Of a stretch of DNA of 64,000 nt, positions 1 to 13,500 are shown one piece after another (positions within the stretch are counted from its first letter, which is position 1; each line of letters starts with the position of its first letter). The notes beneath the pieces are model-generated. The model did no database searches. It was not told the origin of the DNA and saw only the letters and a list, made by a program, of their open reading frames with translations. Origin of the DNA: Ostrea edulis (lineage: Eukaryota); NCBI RefSeq assembly GCF_947568905.1, contig NC_079165.1, positions 12,338,001 to 12,402,000 of the forward strand. The letters are read 5' to 3'. The translations under genes were made by a program, and so were the position numbers.

Positions 1-440
1 TGGAAGAATAATTTAGAATTAAGCTTTCATAACTAATATTTTAAAATGAAATATTATAACGTTAAGAAAAAATTCTAAAATATTGAGGGAAAAATCAATG
101 CCTTGCATTGAAAACTACTTCAACCCAACTGCATGCAGTCCACACAAATCAATAACCACTGTCAAATGGCTAGGCTGAAGTTTAAACTCGTAATAAAAAT
201 TCTATGAGATAAATAACGATGGTTGATAAAGGTACCAAAGCTGATTTCTGTCTCATCGATCCAGAAGTAGTAGGTATTTTGAATACGTATTGCTAATTTA
301 CACAATGGCTTATTAGGTAATAATGGGCCATCTAATTGTGTTTTATAATTAGTCCGGGTTTTTTTTTAAATAAAAAAAAAATTAAATTTTGCAAATACAT
401 TGTCGTCTATATTGCATGTACCAGCAATTTTAAAATACGG

Positions 441-699
441 ATTGATTGTATATTGTTTAACGTCCCTCCCGAGAAGGTCACCCATATGGAGACGTCACCA
501 TTGCCGTTGAAGGGCTGCAAAAAAGGCCTATGCTCGGCGCTTACAGCCTTTGAGCAGGGAGTGATCTTTATCGTGCAACACTTGTTGTGACACGGGACCT
601 TGGTTTCTGCGGTCTCATCCGAAGGACCGCTCCATTTAACCACCTCTTACGACAAGCAAGGGGGTACTGAGGACCTATTCTAACCCGGATCCCCACGGG
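441..699 (-). mobile_element. SINE, 5'-truncated copy of a bivalve MetaSINE-like family
   Basis: Near-identical to 1684-2364. On the minus strand it reads CCCGTGGGGATCCGGGTTAGAATAGGTCC...CCCGTGTCACAACAAGTGTTGCACGATAAAGATCAC...GGGACGTTAAACAATATACAATCAAT. Family name is from recollection of the central domain. Confidence 0.8.
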
Positions 700-1522
700 A
701 AGTAAATCAATACGGAGGAAAATCTGCTCATTCAATAACTGCTTGACTATTTGATTAAAAAACTTGTCGTTTTAGAATTAGGGTCCACATTATGGTATGT
801 TTTGGTCTGTTAAATCATTCATATTTGCAATAAACAGAGTATTGAAAATTACATAATTGAAAACGGGTAAATGTTAATTATTTCTGTGAGCAATGTAATG
901 GCCAGCCGAGGTTGACGACCATACTGCCATCTATCGAAATTTTCGTGTCATGTCGTCACTAAACATGTCTCCATTACAAACAATGATGTAATAAAAATAT
1001 GATTGTCAAGCGATTTCAAGAGATTTAAACTCTCCAATACCTCGTTCGTTTCCACGACGGAACAGCGAGTGCTTGTAAAAGGGTAAAATATTAATAATGC
1101 AGTTTTAAAATCGATGCATAATTTAAACCCGTCGACTAAAAGAAGTCCAGCGATTGGTATTATCTGCGGATTAAGACTTTGTTAGTTTCACCCAGGTTCA
1201 TAATAATATACAAACGTATAAAATATATTGCCAGATTATAGATCAATATAGTCCTGACACACAGGCATATTTGTTTCAAAGTTTGCATGGATTTGAATAC
1301 TTTAAGCCGTACTTAACAGTTTATGGAATTAAGAAATAGGCTGTATATAGATGACATTTAATTAATGTGGCGAAAAACAGCAAAATGGAGGAGAACAGCG
1401 AAATGACTTGATGTACGTAGACAAAATTTCGGTGGATTTATCGTAGTTGTTTTTGTTCTATTATTTGTCGATTGTTGGTGTGTGGATTCATTAGAAGAGT
1501 AAATTTGAAGCGAGAGGGGAAA

Positions 1523-4500
1523 ATGATCTTTAGCCTCTGGTGGATAACGTGTACATTTATCATCGTCTTCCCTACCTCATCAGGTAAGAAAAAAAAATCT
1601 TCATCTCTTTTGAGAATTTTACTATAAAATCCAATTGAATAATTACCACTGATTTAAATAAAAAAGGAATTGGTTGTAAAAAAATTTTTTACGTCCCTCG
1701 CGAGAATATTTCACTCACATGGAGACAGTGGCCGATTTAGAGGAGGGCACAACCCCCCCTCCCCCTAAAATTTTCAAATTTAAGGTAAATCGCGGTATCT
1801 TGATTCGGAAAATGTACTAAACGATAAAAGAAGCAATAATTTCTTCCACTCCCGGAGAAATAAATGGCAAAATCCTTTGATTTTTTGAATTACTTTATTA
1901 GGAGAACCTAATTTTTTCCAAAAAAACCCCCTAAAAATTTGGGTCATTTTATAAATTTCACCTTATTAAAATCATTGAAAATAGTACAAATGACTTGATA
2001 AGAGAAATATTTCAAGCCCCATAAAATCTGTAAAATCCGGGGGCTTCGCCCCCTGGACCCACACCAGGACTTCGCCCTGGACCTACTGCCTCATAAAGTG
2101 GCGCCCCCCCCCCCCCCCCCCCCCCTGTAACCACAATTCCTGGATCCGCCCCTGGGAGATGCCACCATTGCCGGTGAAGGGCTGCAAAATTTAAGGCTTT
2201 TAATCTTTGAGGAGGGAGGGATCTTTATCGCGCCACACCTGTTGTGACACAGGACATGGGTTTTTGCGGCCTCATCCGAAGGATCCCCCCCCCCCCCCCA
2301 TTTAGTCGCCTCTTACGATAAGCAAGGTGTATTGGGGACCTATTCTTACCCGGATCCCCATGGGAAAAATTGGACTTAAATAGAAATAATAACTATCCCA
2401 GGTCAATTTTTTTTGTTCATGAGCAGAATTAGAATATATTCGGGACTGTGAGATGATCGAGAACACTGAAAAATAAAAAAGAAAGAGAATGATCTGAATC
2501 TAGCAGTGAAAAAAAAACCCCAGTTAGATATAGAGAACTCTCTCTTTCTCTCTCTCATTTGAACTTGTTCGCTTAAAATGAATAAAGTTTTATGTTTATA
2601 TATCGGAACAAGTAGCGGTAACTTACTTTAACAGTGTGGAACGCTCTACTCAAAAAGTAAGAATTCGTTAATATTAATTAAGGGTGTGGAAAATATCAAC
2701 ATAATGTATTATGTAATAATACTCATGAAGAATGGTTAATGAAGACCAAAATGAAATACTTCAAGGACGTATAATGTCCGCGGGGTGTGTTAGATACGTG
2801 TGAAATTTTGATAGAGATCGGGAGACATGGTTAAACTCATAGGGTTCAACCATACCGGCTTAAAAGGGTCAGATGAACTTAGACCCGCGAGATTAGCAGT
2901 AATATTAAATCTTTACATCATAAATAAAAGACAATTGTTATCCATCCTCTCAATAAAAGCAAGCTTTCGTTGAATTCTGGTAACATGTCTGCGTTTAACA
3001 TTTAATTCTTTTGTACGATATTCCAATTATCATCATTATTATTTTTTGGCCTTTTAAACGTGAAAGGACAACGCCTTCTGAAGGTCAGATGTGCAAAAAC
3101 ATGAGAGAATAATATCTACGTGTTTCATTGCCCACAATGCTTTATAATAGTTCAGAAAATCCACAATTGATAAAACCAAACCCGGATAGATATTGTACAT
3201 CCGCTTAAAGTTGACAGATTAAAGGGAAATACCCCCCCCCCTCCCCCCGAATCCGGGTTACATACACAAAGTGTTTTCATATTCGAAAAATGGATTCCGT
3301 GTTTAATATCTGTTGTAAATCCCAACCCAATGAAATTCCAAATGTAAAACATCCATGGACGAGAGGTCTTGGAATTTTTATACCATATCTATGAAGAGAA
3401 ATCAATTCTACATACAATGTAGATCCAGATTTATAAAATACAATAATAGCTTTCACTATATTCATCTACTCAAAGTCATCCGAACAAAGTAAAAATTTAC
3501 TTAGTCATTGATTTAATTTAATGAATAAATATAACGATCCATTCGGACAAAACCCATTTGTAAAGCGCTTAGTTAACATTGATGAGATTCTCGTGTATTT
3601 TAGCGTTGATGGAGAATTTATATCCCATTAACAGTAAATAATAAAACCGATACACCAAGTGTGGCGACTGATTTGGTTAATGAGTTACATCGTGTACAAA
3701 AAGGAGCACATTGATTTTTTCCTGCATCATCTTTTATTGAAATTCTTGTGATTCTTCAATTGAAAAAAAGTCACGGTTCGTTATAGATTGAAAAGACAAG
3801 GTTTTCTAAGGCCAGTCTCTTTATGAAGCTGCAATTCAGATCGATATTGATTAATTCTTTTATTATGAAGACTGGCATATTGAGTTGTCTGTTAGAAAAT
3901 TCTGCTATTTTGTTTGAATTAACACAAAACCCCATATACATTACAGATTCGTTTTCATTGAACTTTCATCGCATTCTAATTGCCAATTTCTTATCTAAGA
4001 TCAATCATTGAAATTTGAATTCTTTTAAACTCAATTCTTGTTCACCGAGAACCTCATATTCACTGTTCATATATTTCTATCTATTTCTTCTTCATATATG
4101 TAATGCTTCTGTCTCTCTGGTCGGAGGATTTTTGTGTGCAATTCGGATTTATTTTTCAAAATCTTAAAGCAACCGATTCTTTAATAAATTCTATTTAAAC
4201 GTGATATAACGTTTATGTAAATATTCAATTCAAACACACAACTATTGCATAATTGCACATTTCTTTTTTCTATATTGGATGTACCGAAAATTTGAAACTT
4301 TCACAAAAGAAACCCTGAATTGCATGTTCAAGAAGCTTAATCTTTAATATGCCTTTTATTGTGCAATTTTTCAAATCCATTTATCATTCTATAATCACAA
4401 TGCACCTGGGTTTTGAATGCAGATTTGCAATCAACGCTGTGGGATTAAGAGAGCTAAGCAAATCTAGGGAACGTTCTGTACATGATCACCCGAAATATCG

Positions 4501-7500
4501 GAGACAGTGACGTCAGAGATCGGTTAAATTTAAAAATAAAATGACAGGGAATGTATCGACTAATTAACAATTCCCTGGTGAGTTCTAAAAACTCCGTATA
4601 GAAGGATATAATGGAATATCTGTCTAATCATTTTTAGACGTATCTTTAAAATTCGAACTATATCATACATGTACAGCCTAGTATCTTCTGTATATACTAC
4701 ATGTACAGCCTAGTATCTTCTGTATATACTACATGTACAGCCTAGTATCTTCTGTATATACTACATGTACAGCCTAGTATCTTCTGTATATACTACATGT
4801 ACAGCCTAGTATCTTCTGTATATACTACATGTACAGCCTAGTATCTTCTGTATATACTACATGTACAGCCTAGTATTTTCTGTATATACTACATGTACAG
4901 CCTACTATCTTCTGTATATACTACATGTACAGTCTAGTATCTTCTGTATATACATGTACAGCCTAGTATCTTCTGTATATACTACATGTACAGCCTAGTA
5001 TCTTCTGTATATACTACATGTACAGCCTAGTATCTTCTGTATATACTACATATACAGCCTACTATCTTCTGTATATACTACATGTACAGCCTAGTATCTT
5101 CTGTATATACTACATGTACAGCCTAGTATCTTCTGTATATACTACATGTACAGCCTAGTATCTTCTGTATATACTACATGTACAGCCTAGTATCTTCTGT
5201 ATATACTACATGTACAGTCTAGTATCTTCTGTATATACTACATGTACAGCCTAGTATCTTCTGTATATACTACATGTACAGCCTAGTATCTTCTGTATAT
5301 ACTACATGTACAGCCTACTATCTTCTGTATATACTACATGTACAGCCTACTATCTTCTGTATATACTACATGTACAGCCTACTATCTTCTGTATATACTA
5401 CATGTACAGCCTAGTATCTTCTGTATATACTACATGTACAGCCTAGTATCTTCTGTATATACTACATGTACAGCCTAGTATCTTCTGTATATACTACATG
5501 TACAGCCTAGTATCTTCTGTATATACTACATGTACAGCCTACTATCTTCTGTATATACTACATGTACAGCCTACTATCTTCTGTATATACTACATGTACA
5601 GCCTAGTATCTTCTGTATATACTACATGTACAGCCTAGTATCTTCTGTATATACTACATGTACAGCCTAGTATCTTCTGTATATACTACATGTACAGCCT
5701 AGTATCTTCTGTATATACTACATGTACAGCCTAGTATCTTCTGTATATACTACATGTATATCAAGGTTGAAGTATTTTGGGATATCATTATCCATGCTCT
5801 AATTAATTATGAAACATTTACTGATAAGATTTTATCTAATTATTCATTTAATTCATGTTCATAAAATCTCTAAATTCTTTTGCCGTTAATCACTTATGGT
5901 CTTAAATTGCTCTTTTCTTAGATGAACGTCTTGCATGATGGACATCGAATGATATTATACAATTGTCTCGCAATTAATTGTTACAACCCTTAATGTAAAA
6001 CACTCTTCATGGAAAAACAACACCCCCTAACAACAGCACAGTAACAATAACAACAATATTAACAACAACAATAAAATCAACAACAATAACAACAAAACAA
6101 CAACAACCCATTACAACAGCACCGTAACAATAATAACAACACACAACAAAAGTACAACAATAACACAACAAAACCAACGCATGTTAAGAACACAACTGTC
6201 GCACCTCTTCATGTAATACTTTTGATAGCAGCTGTAGTAGTCTGTCTGATTGAAATGCACGTTCTCGTGAAATTCATGATACTATCAAATAAAACACTAT
6301 TAACCGAGGTCAACTGTCTCGATAGGGTGCTAGGCGCTACCACGATGCATTTGTCTAAGTAAAAAAGCAAGCCCGTTGGTGTTAGTATTCAATGAAACAT
6401 GCAAGTTACAACGAGATCCCTAACAGGCTCTTTATTCCCACAAAGAAAGTGCAAAATCCACAACGGGAGTTCCAAAATCCTGAAGAGAAACTCCAGATCC
6501 ACAAAAGGAGCACAACTTCCACAAGACCGTCACACTCCACAACGGGAACTTCAAACTGAGAAGCCAAGGCTCCAAACGAGGGTCTCCAAACTCTATAATG
6601 AGAACCCAAGGTTCCAAACGAGGATCTCCAAACTCTATAAACTCTCATTATAGAGTTTGGAGCTCCTCGTTTGGAATTTTGGGTTCTCATTATAGAGTTT
6701 GGAGACCCTCGTTTGGAGATCCAAACTTTATAATGAGAACCCAAGGCTCCAAACGAGGATCTCCAAACTCTATAATGAGAACACAAGGCTCCAAACGAGG
6801 AGCTCCAAACTCCTCAAGAGAAGGTCTACACTTCTAAAACGGGAGTTCAAGATTCTACAAGAGAAACCCCAGATGCCATAATGGAGCCCTAGACTCCACA
6901 ATGGGAACTTCAAACTCCAAGGTCCAAACCCCATACACAGCAGGAACTCCAGATTCCACAACAAGAGTAATATATTTCACAAGAGGGACCCTCAACAAGA
7001 TTCCACAACAGGAGAAACTCCAGACACTACAGCTGGAAGCACATAAGAGGAATACTAGACTCCAAAACAGGTGTTCCAAGGGAATCTGTGCGGATCTCCC
7101 TAGAAACGAATACACCGTAAACATAGAGCAATACAATTGCTGAAGTCCAATTTGCGTCTTCTTTTGCAAGACAATAAGAAACAAGTTGGAGCCATTTTCA
7201 TAATGTTCTTAAGAAAATCAGAATGGTTCAGAGAAAATTCTTACTCACCCTTAATGTAAAAAGAAACCTCTCGATAGCATTGCTTAGTTATCTGCTTTTG
7301 ACGTACAGTTTACATGGTAAGTTGCAATGAAACATTTTGAAGATAGCATGAAGATGATTTCCTTAACCTTTCTTAATAGGTTTTGTAGATTTTGTGAAAT
7401 TCCGAGGACACAATGAATTGAAATATACAACCTCTGATCTCCAAATTAAAGGGTCATTAAGATTTTGAAACAAGTCTCTTTGTATGGAGATCGTTTTGAC

Positions 7501-10500
7501 ATCCCCATGTTGTTTTGTGTTCCACATTCTTCTCGTATGCATGAGGAGCGCGTGTAGATAAACTTGTTATGACCCATTAATCTTCGAAGGTGGTCAAGTG
7601 AAAGGATTTTAATTACATTCAACAATTCATCTGCAATTCATGAGCAAAATGCAGCGAAGTTTAAATGGCACAACCCGGGCAATTTGTAGTTCGATTACAA
7701 TTAAAAAGCACGGTGCATTGTATTGCTGTATTGGTTGATTTACCTCCAAATGAACAATGAAAATTCAAAACCCCATTATTTCGTAAAATGTAGAACAGTT
7801 TCCAGATTATTTGTACTTGATGTTATCCAATTCGTCATAACAATAAGCATTAATGTTAAAACGTTCGAAGATCTTTTTTTTTTTTTTACATGAATTAAAA
7901 ACAATTAGATTTCCGAATGTATTATATACGGTTCATAGTAAATAGATTATTTTAATATGGTCCTCTCCTTTGATAGAGGCAATCATGTTTCGAAAGAATG
8001 TTTTATACATGATACATGTAATGAGACGTACACGTATATCTTAGTCTATACCAAAGTGATCCAATTTCCTTGAATATTTTACACAGAAATATTCCCGGGA
8101 AAACACTGCTTATTAAAAAGGTGAACGTGTATAATTTTAAATTTTCTTTTCTCTTTATCTTCTAGAAAGCACGTGCACATTTCCTTCAGAGATAGAGGGG
8201 GACTGGTACAGTGGCCACAAAGGAAAGCTGACCTTCAACTCCACGCACCTGACAGGTTACCCTATCTATATGTCCAATGCCGTGCAATCGTTAGATTTCG
8301 AATGCTACATAAACAGTGACAGAAAATATCTTCTGAGGTACAAAAAGGCTTCTCTTTGAAGTCATAATGTAAATTTAGAAGCTAGACTTCATTCTTAGAC
8401 GTTTCGAATTTTCATATTCTTTATGCAACGTTGCTTTAGGCGATTCTAACATATTGGAGAGTTTCTGAGACGACAAAATACTTTTTTCTCTGTAATTCAT
8501 AATATTACTGCTGATATCAGGTATCTTGGTATCGATTAACTTACACCGGTACTGTCTCCTCCTAAGGTTCAAGCACTCTAGTGGGGTAGGTAATGAACAT
8601 ATGAACTGCGTTCCTTTATAATCCCAGAGACGACAAAAAGACTTAAGCACTAGATAAGGAAACATTGGTATTTTAATGGGAGGTAAACAACCTTCTTATC
8701 TGAGTGCCCGCTGATACATTAGAGCCAGGTGGTGGATTTACGTATCAAGATTGATAAACCTCCATCCTAAATAAAGAAATGATTAGAAATATGTTGCGGA
8801 CTCATACATCGATGATTGATTGAAATAGAATGACTTGTATCTGAGTGCGTACTCCTTTGACTTTAAGTGATTAATTGTTGAATCCAGAAATGAAGAGATT
8901 AAAGTCCTAAAGATAAGCATATTTACAAGATATATTAGATTTCTTACAGACCATGTAATCTACATGTGAAAATAATGTACCCTAAAATTGATCCTGTTTC
9001 TTTATTTTGTGTGACGGGATAAACTCTCGGGACTTTCGGTATGATTATGTGCCGTCAACGAATGCAAATTACATGGTTTTTATACTGGTTTTTTTTATTG
9101 TGCCTTTGGTAAAACAAGAAATACAAAATTTTCATTTGTTAATCTCGTCCATAATACTGAATCATGTCAATTCTTAATTCAAATTCTATCGTCATTATAA
9201 CGATCTAGTTTGGCAATATAACTTGACATTGGGTCAAGTGCTGTCTGGCGTGTTTCTTACCTATTGTTAAGCGGTTCTTTACACACTGATTTTGACTACG
9301 GAATTACTCCGTTTACCTGATCAAGATGTAGGGCTCACAGCGGGTGGGACCGATCTACAGGAGATATTTACTCCTCCTTGCTTACTCCTCCTACGCACCT
9401 GATCCCACCTCTGGTATATCCAGGGGTCCATGTTTGCCTAAATCTTTATTTTGTACTCCATATGGGAGTTATGGGGTTACTCACTGTTCGTTATCTTCAC
9501 TTTACCATCACTTTTTCATACAAGTGAAACAAAACTAGAAGACTTAAAATTTTTGTTTGCGAAAATAGAATCATCAATTTTACATTATACGATTTGTTGA
9601 TTTCAGAGCTACGGATACCGCCCTTGTGTTTGGGCAATACATTCGTGGTTATATATGCCTCGAATTATGGAGAATTTCCAGCACAAAGTACTACTACTAT
9701 CACGGAACAAGTAAGTGCCATCTCTAGATCAAATAAAGAACATATGAATAAACAAGATGATTTATATCATTTCAACGACAATGACAACTCCTCAATATCT
9801 CTCTGTAAACTAAATGAATAGAAAGCTTAGGCATCTGAAACTCAATACCAAGTCTGGTTCGAAAATTCTTTTAACTAATACAAAACATCGGTCTGAAACG
9901 CAATATAATGCTGAGTATTGTCTGATAATGTTAAGAAAAACAAATTCAATGAAAAATGCACTTATCAAGAAATTTAATGAAAATGCACTTATCAACAAAG
10001 GTATCAGTTTGACCAACAATGACAATGTCTATGGCCGAGTGGACGCCATCACAGTAGACACTACCAGTGCTTGTAATGAGGTTGAGCCCTATAATAAGGG
10101 CTCATTTGTTACCTTAGTGAAGAACGGTACGGAACGCCTTGGTCTATACCATAAACTGACATGTTCACGGTCTGGTCACTAATAGCGTGTTAAGCAGTTG
10201 TCGGATTTGTTTGGGGCACAGTTATGTGAACATCACACGTACATGTTTCAACCTTCACATAATCTCTGTTACTAATATGATTAATTTTGACAAAACGTGA
10301 ACTTGCACGTACGAAGAGGTTTTGAATTGATTAAGAAAATATTTTTTTTAAAGATAAAGTTTTTGAGCATGGTTGAACAATAAATGTTTGTATTGATGTC
10401 CAAAAGGACAGCGCTTAAATGTAACGAGAAAAGGATAAAGCCGTGACCAACAATCTGCTTTGATAGAACTTAACCTTGTTTTGTCATGCTCTAGCGAACT

Positions 10501-13500
10501 TAACCTTGTTTTGTCATGCTCTAGCGAACTTAACCTTGTTTTGTCATGCTCTAGCGAACTTAAACTTGTTTTGTCATGCTCTAGCGATCACGGCAACAAA
10601 CAATGACAACGTTAGGGGCTTCATTGACTCTTTTGCAACCGGAACAGTTGAGAACACTTGTGATATAGTAGAACCTTACAACACATCAGCGTTTGTTATA
10701 CTAGTTAAAGATGGTAAAAATAGCTATATATCTATCTATCTCATTTATGCTTTTGATTTCGTGTTGTGGAGATGTATTTGTTGTATAGAATATAGCGTTT
10801 TATTTTTGCATGGAGTGAAGTTTCCTCCTGGGTATGGTGTATCCCTCTCTACATCAATTCAGCTTTTTTGTTGTTATTCTACACCCTGTAGACCTGGTTA
10901 AATGTGGCTTGGATTATCATATATTTATTGTTATTTTGTATGCAAATGTGCACAATCTATTTCAAATATTGAATTTATTTTTAGAGTTTTTCATTCAATT
11001 TTATGTTTTTGGATGTTGTTGGTTGCACTGTTTTCAATTTGCGGTGTGTGTTTTTCTGTTGTGTGATTTTTGTTCACTTTAACTTCTATTTACATGCAAT
11101 TTGTCAGACTTCACTATGAACGATACTCAAATGCACATTTAATCAAATGCAGATTACAAGGTGAGAGTACTTTTATATTCTATTTGATATATGTAATATC
11201 TATACATGTATAAATATTTTTAGTGTAAGATCTTATCATAGAATAGTCTATCAGTCTACCTTTATGTAATTCTGCCAAAATGAAAGCATTGTATGCATAA
11301 ACGATTACTTTATTAACAGTATATATTTGTTCAGTGTTCTACAATGACTGAAAATTATATATCAAGTTAAAACACAATAGAAATTATTCAAACATATCTT
11401 ATATTTAATTACTAGGGTCGATCTCGACGGGGGCATCTGAAGCCACATGCGCAACCGACCTACTGGCATCATTTAGCGCTGTTTCGATTACAGACTCAAC
11501 CGGAAGTACGTCATGTTCCAATAACGTGATGGATGGTTGTACCGACAAAACAGAAATGAGATTTACATATGATGCCGGATGTGGAAATACCCTCAAATTC
11601 TCAAGTAAGTTAAAAAATTGACATTTACCAATATACTATAAGCAACATAGAGTATATCTGGTAATATACTACAAGTAACATAGAATATATCTGGTAATAT
11701 ACTGTAAGTACATACACTATATCAGGTAATATACTATAAGTACATACAGTATATCAGGTAATATACTATAAGTACATACACTATATCAGGTAATATACTA
11801 TAAGTACATACTATATATCAGCTAATATACTATAAGTACATACAGTTGATCAGGTAATATACTATAAGTAACATAGAGTATATCTGGTAATATACTATAA
11901 GTACATATACTATATCAGGTAATATACTATAAGTACGTGCTCTATATCAGGTAATATACTATAAGTATATACAGGATATCAGGTAATATACTATAAGTAT
12001 ATAGAGTATATCACGTAATATACTATAAATAAAATAGTATATCAGTCAACCGGTCAACAGGGGATGCTTACTCCTCCTAGGCACCTTGTCCCACCTCTGG
12101 TATATCCAAGGGTCCGTGTATACCCAACTCTCTATTTTGTATTGCTTATAGGAGTTATGAGATTGATCACAGTTCGTTATCTTCACCTTTCATTAAGGAA
12201 TATAATTGTAGCTGATGGGTTTTTGATAGATGTATGATTATAATTGTAGCTGATGGTTCTTTGGTAGATGAATGAATAGCATTGTAGCTGAAGGTTTTTG
12301 ATAGATGAATGAATATAATTGTAGCTGATGGTTTTTGGACCTGTATGCACAGCGTGTCAAGCGGCGGGTACACGTATTTGTCCTTGTGGAACAATGACAG
12401 CACTGTTGTTGGGAAAACGACCTATTCATATAACTCGGGGGACAACTATCAGTTTGCCTGTTTAGTGAGTAAAGCATATCAACAGAAAAGAAATTACCAA
12501 ATCTCTAAAGGAGACAATAGTGTATATAACGATTTTTTTTTCAAGTTTTGTAGAAAAATCGAACTATCATACAATGTTTTTAAAATTCTGCTAAATCTCA
12601 GAAAATATATTACAGGTGATTAGCGGAGCTTCGGCGACAATGTTTCCGAATTTTTGTTCAGACAGTACACAGACAACCACTACAGTTGCCTCCCCTGGGC
12701 TACAGTTGTCATTCACAAGTGCCACCACAACGTGTTGTAAGTTTTCCATTGAAATATGGATTCTAACTGTATACACCTTCATACCATGACTGACAGACGT
12801 CTCCATATTAAACAATATTCAATCAATCATACCATGAATTTTGTCTACAATATGATACATATCTAGTCGTTATACAAATGAAAGGTGAATACATTGCTGA
12901 ACTATGTCAATCAAGATCATCAATATAAGTATAAATTTAGTACACCAAGAATTGTTATCAGTGGCCTGACTTTCAATTTCTTTCCAGTTACAGTAAAAAA
13001 CGATTTCAGCTAACACATCTATGATGATTTCACGCTTAAAGCGAAGTGATTTCTATTCCATGTAGTTATATTATGAATTCATTGGATGTAAAACTTATAC
13101 GGTACCAATTTTGATGCACCAGATGCGCATTTTGACACATAATGTCTCTTTAATGATAACGAATTATCCTTATAACGAATCAAAATTGCTCATATCACCA
13201 TCACTTCGCTATAAGCGTGTTTTACTGTATTTGAAGCACGGTTATCAATTTGACATGTTACTGCTTCAGATGAAGAAGTAGAGGGAGGATCAAGCGCAGT
13301 GTATTACATCACGATAGTGTTAGGATCCTTGTTCATCATAGCTCTGATTATCTTAATCATAATCCTAAAGAAAAAAGGATACTGTTCCCTTCAAAAATGC
13401 AAGAAGCAGAGACCCGGATCTCCAGAAAGCACTGTAGAGCAGGGAGAACATGTGACTAATACTGTTTTTAAAATGAACAAATTGGACCCAATCCCTGGAT

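Noticed and set aside
336-643. ORFs of 84 and 78 aa
   Set aside because: They lie within a SINE copy.
4667-5759. Regular 32-bp repeats as a possible CRISPR array
   Set aside because: There are no unique spacers and no cas genes, and the context is eukaryotic. It is a plain tandem repeat.
9594-9821. ORF-track translation MLISELRIPP...
   Set aside because: Wrong frame. The real exon 9607-9710 is read in another frame that is homologous to genes B and C.
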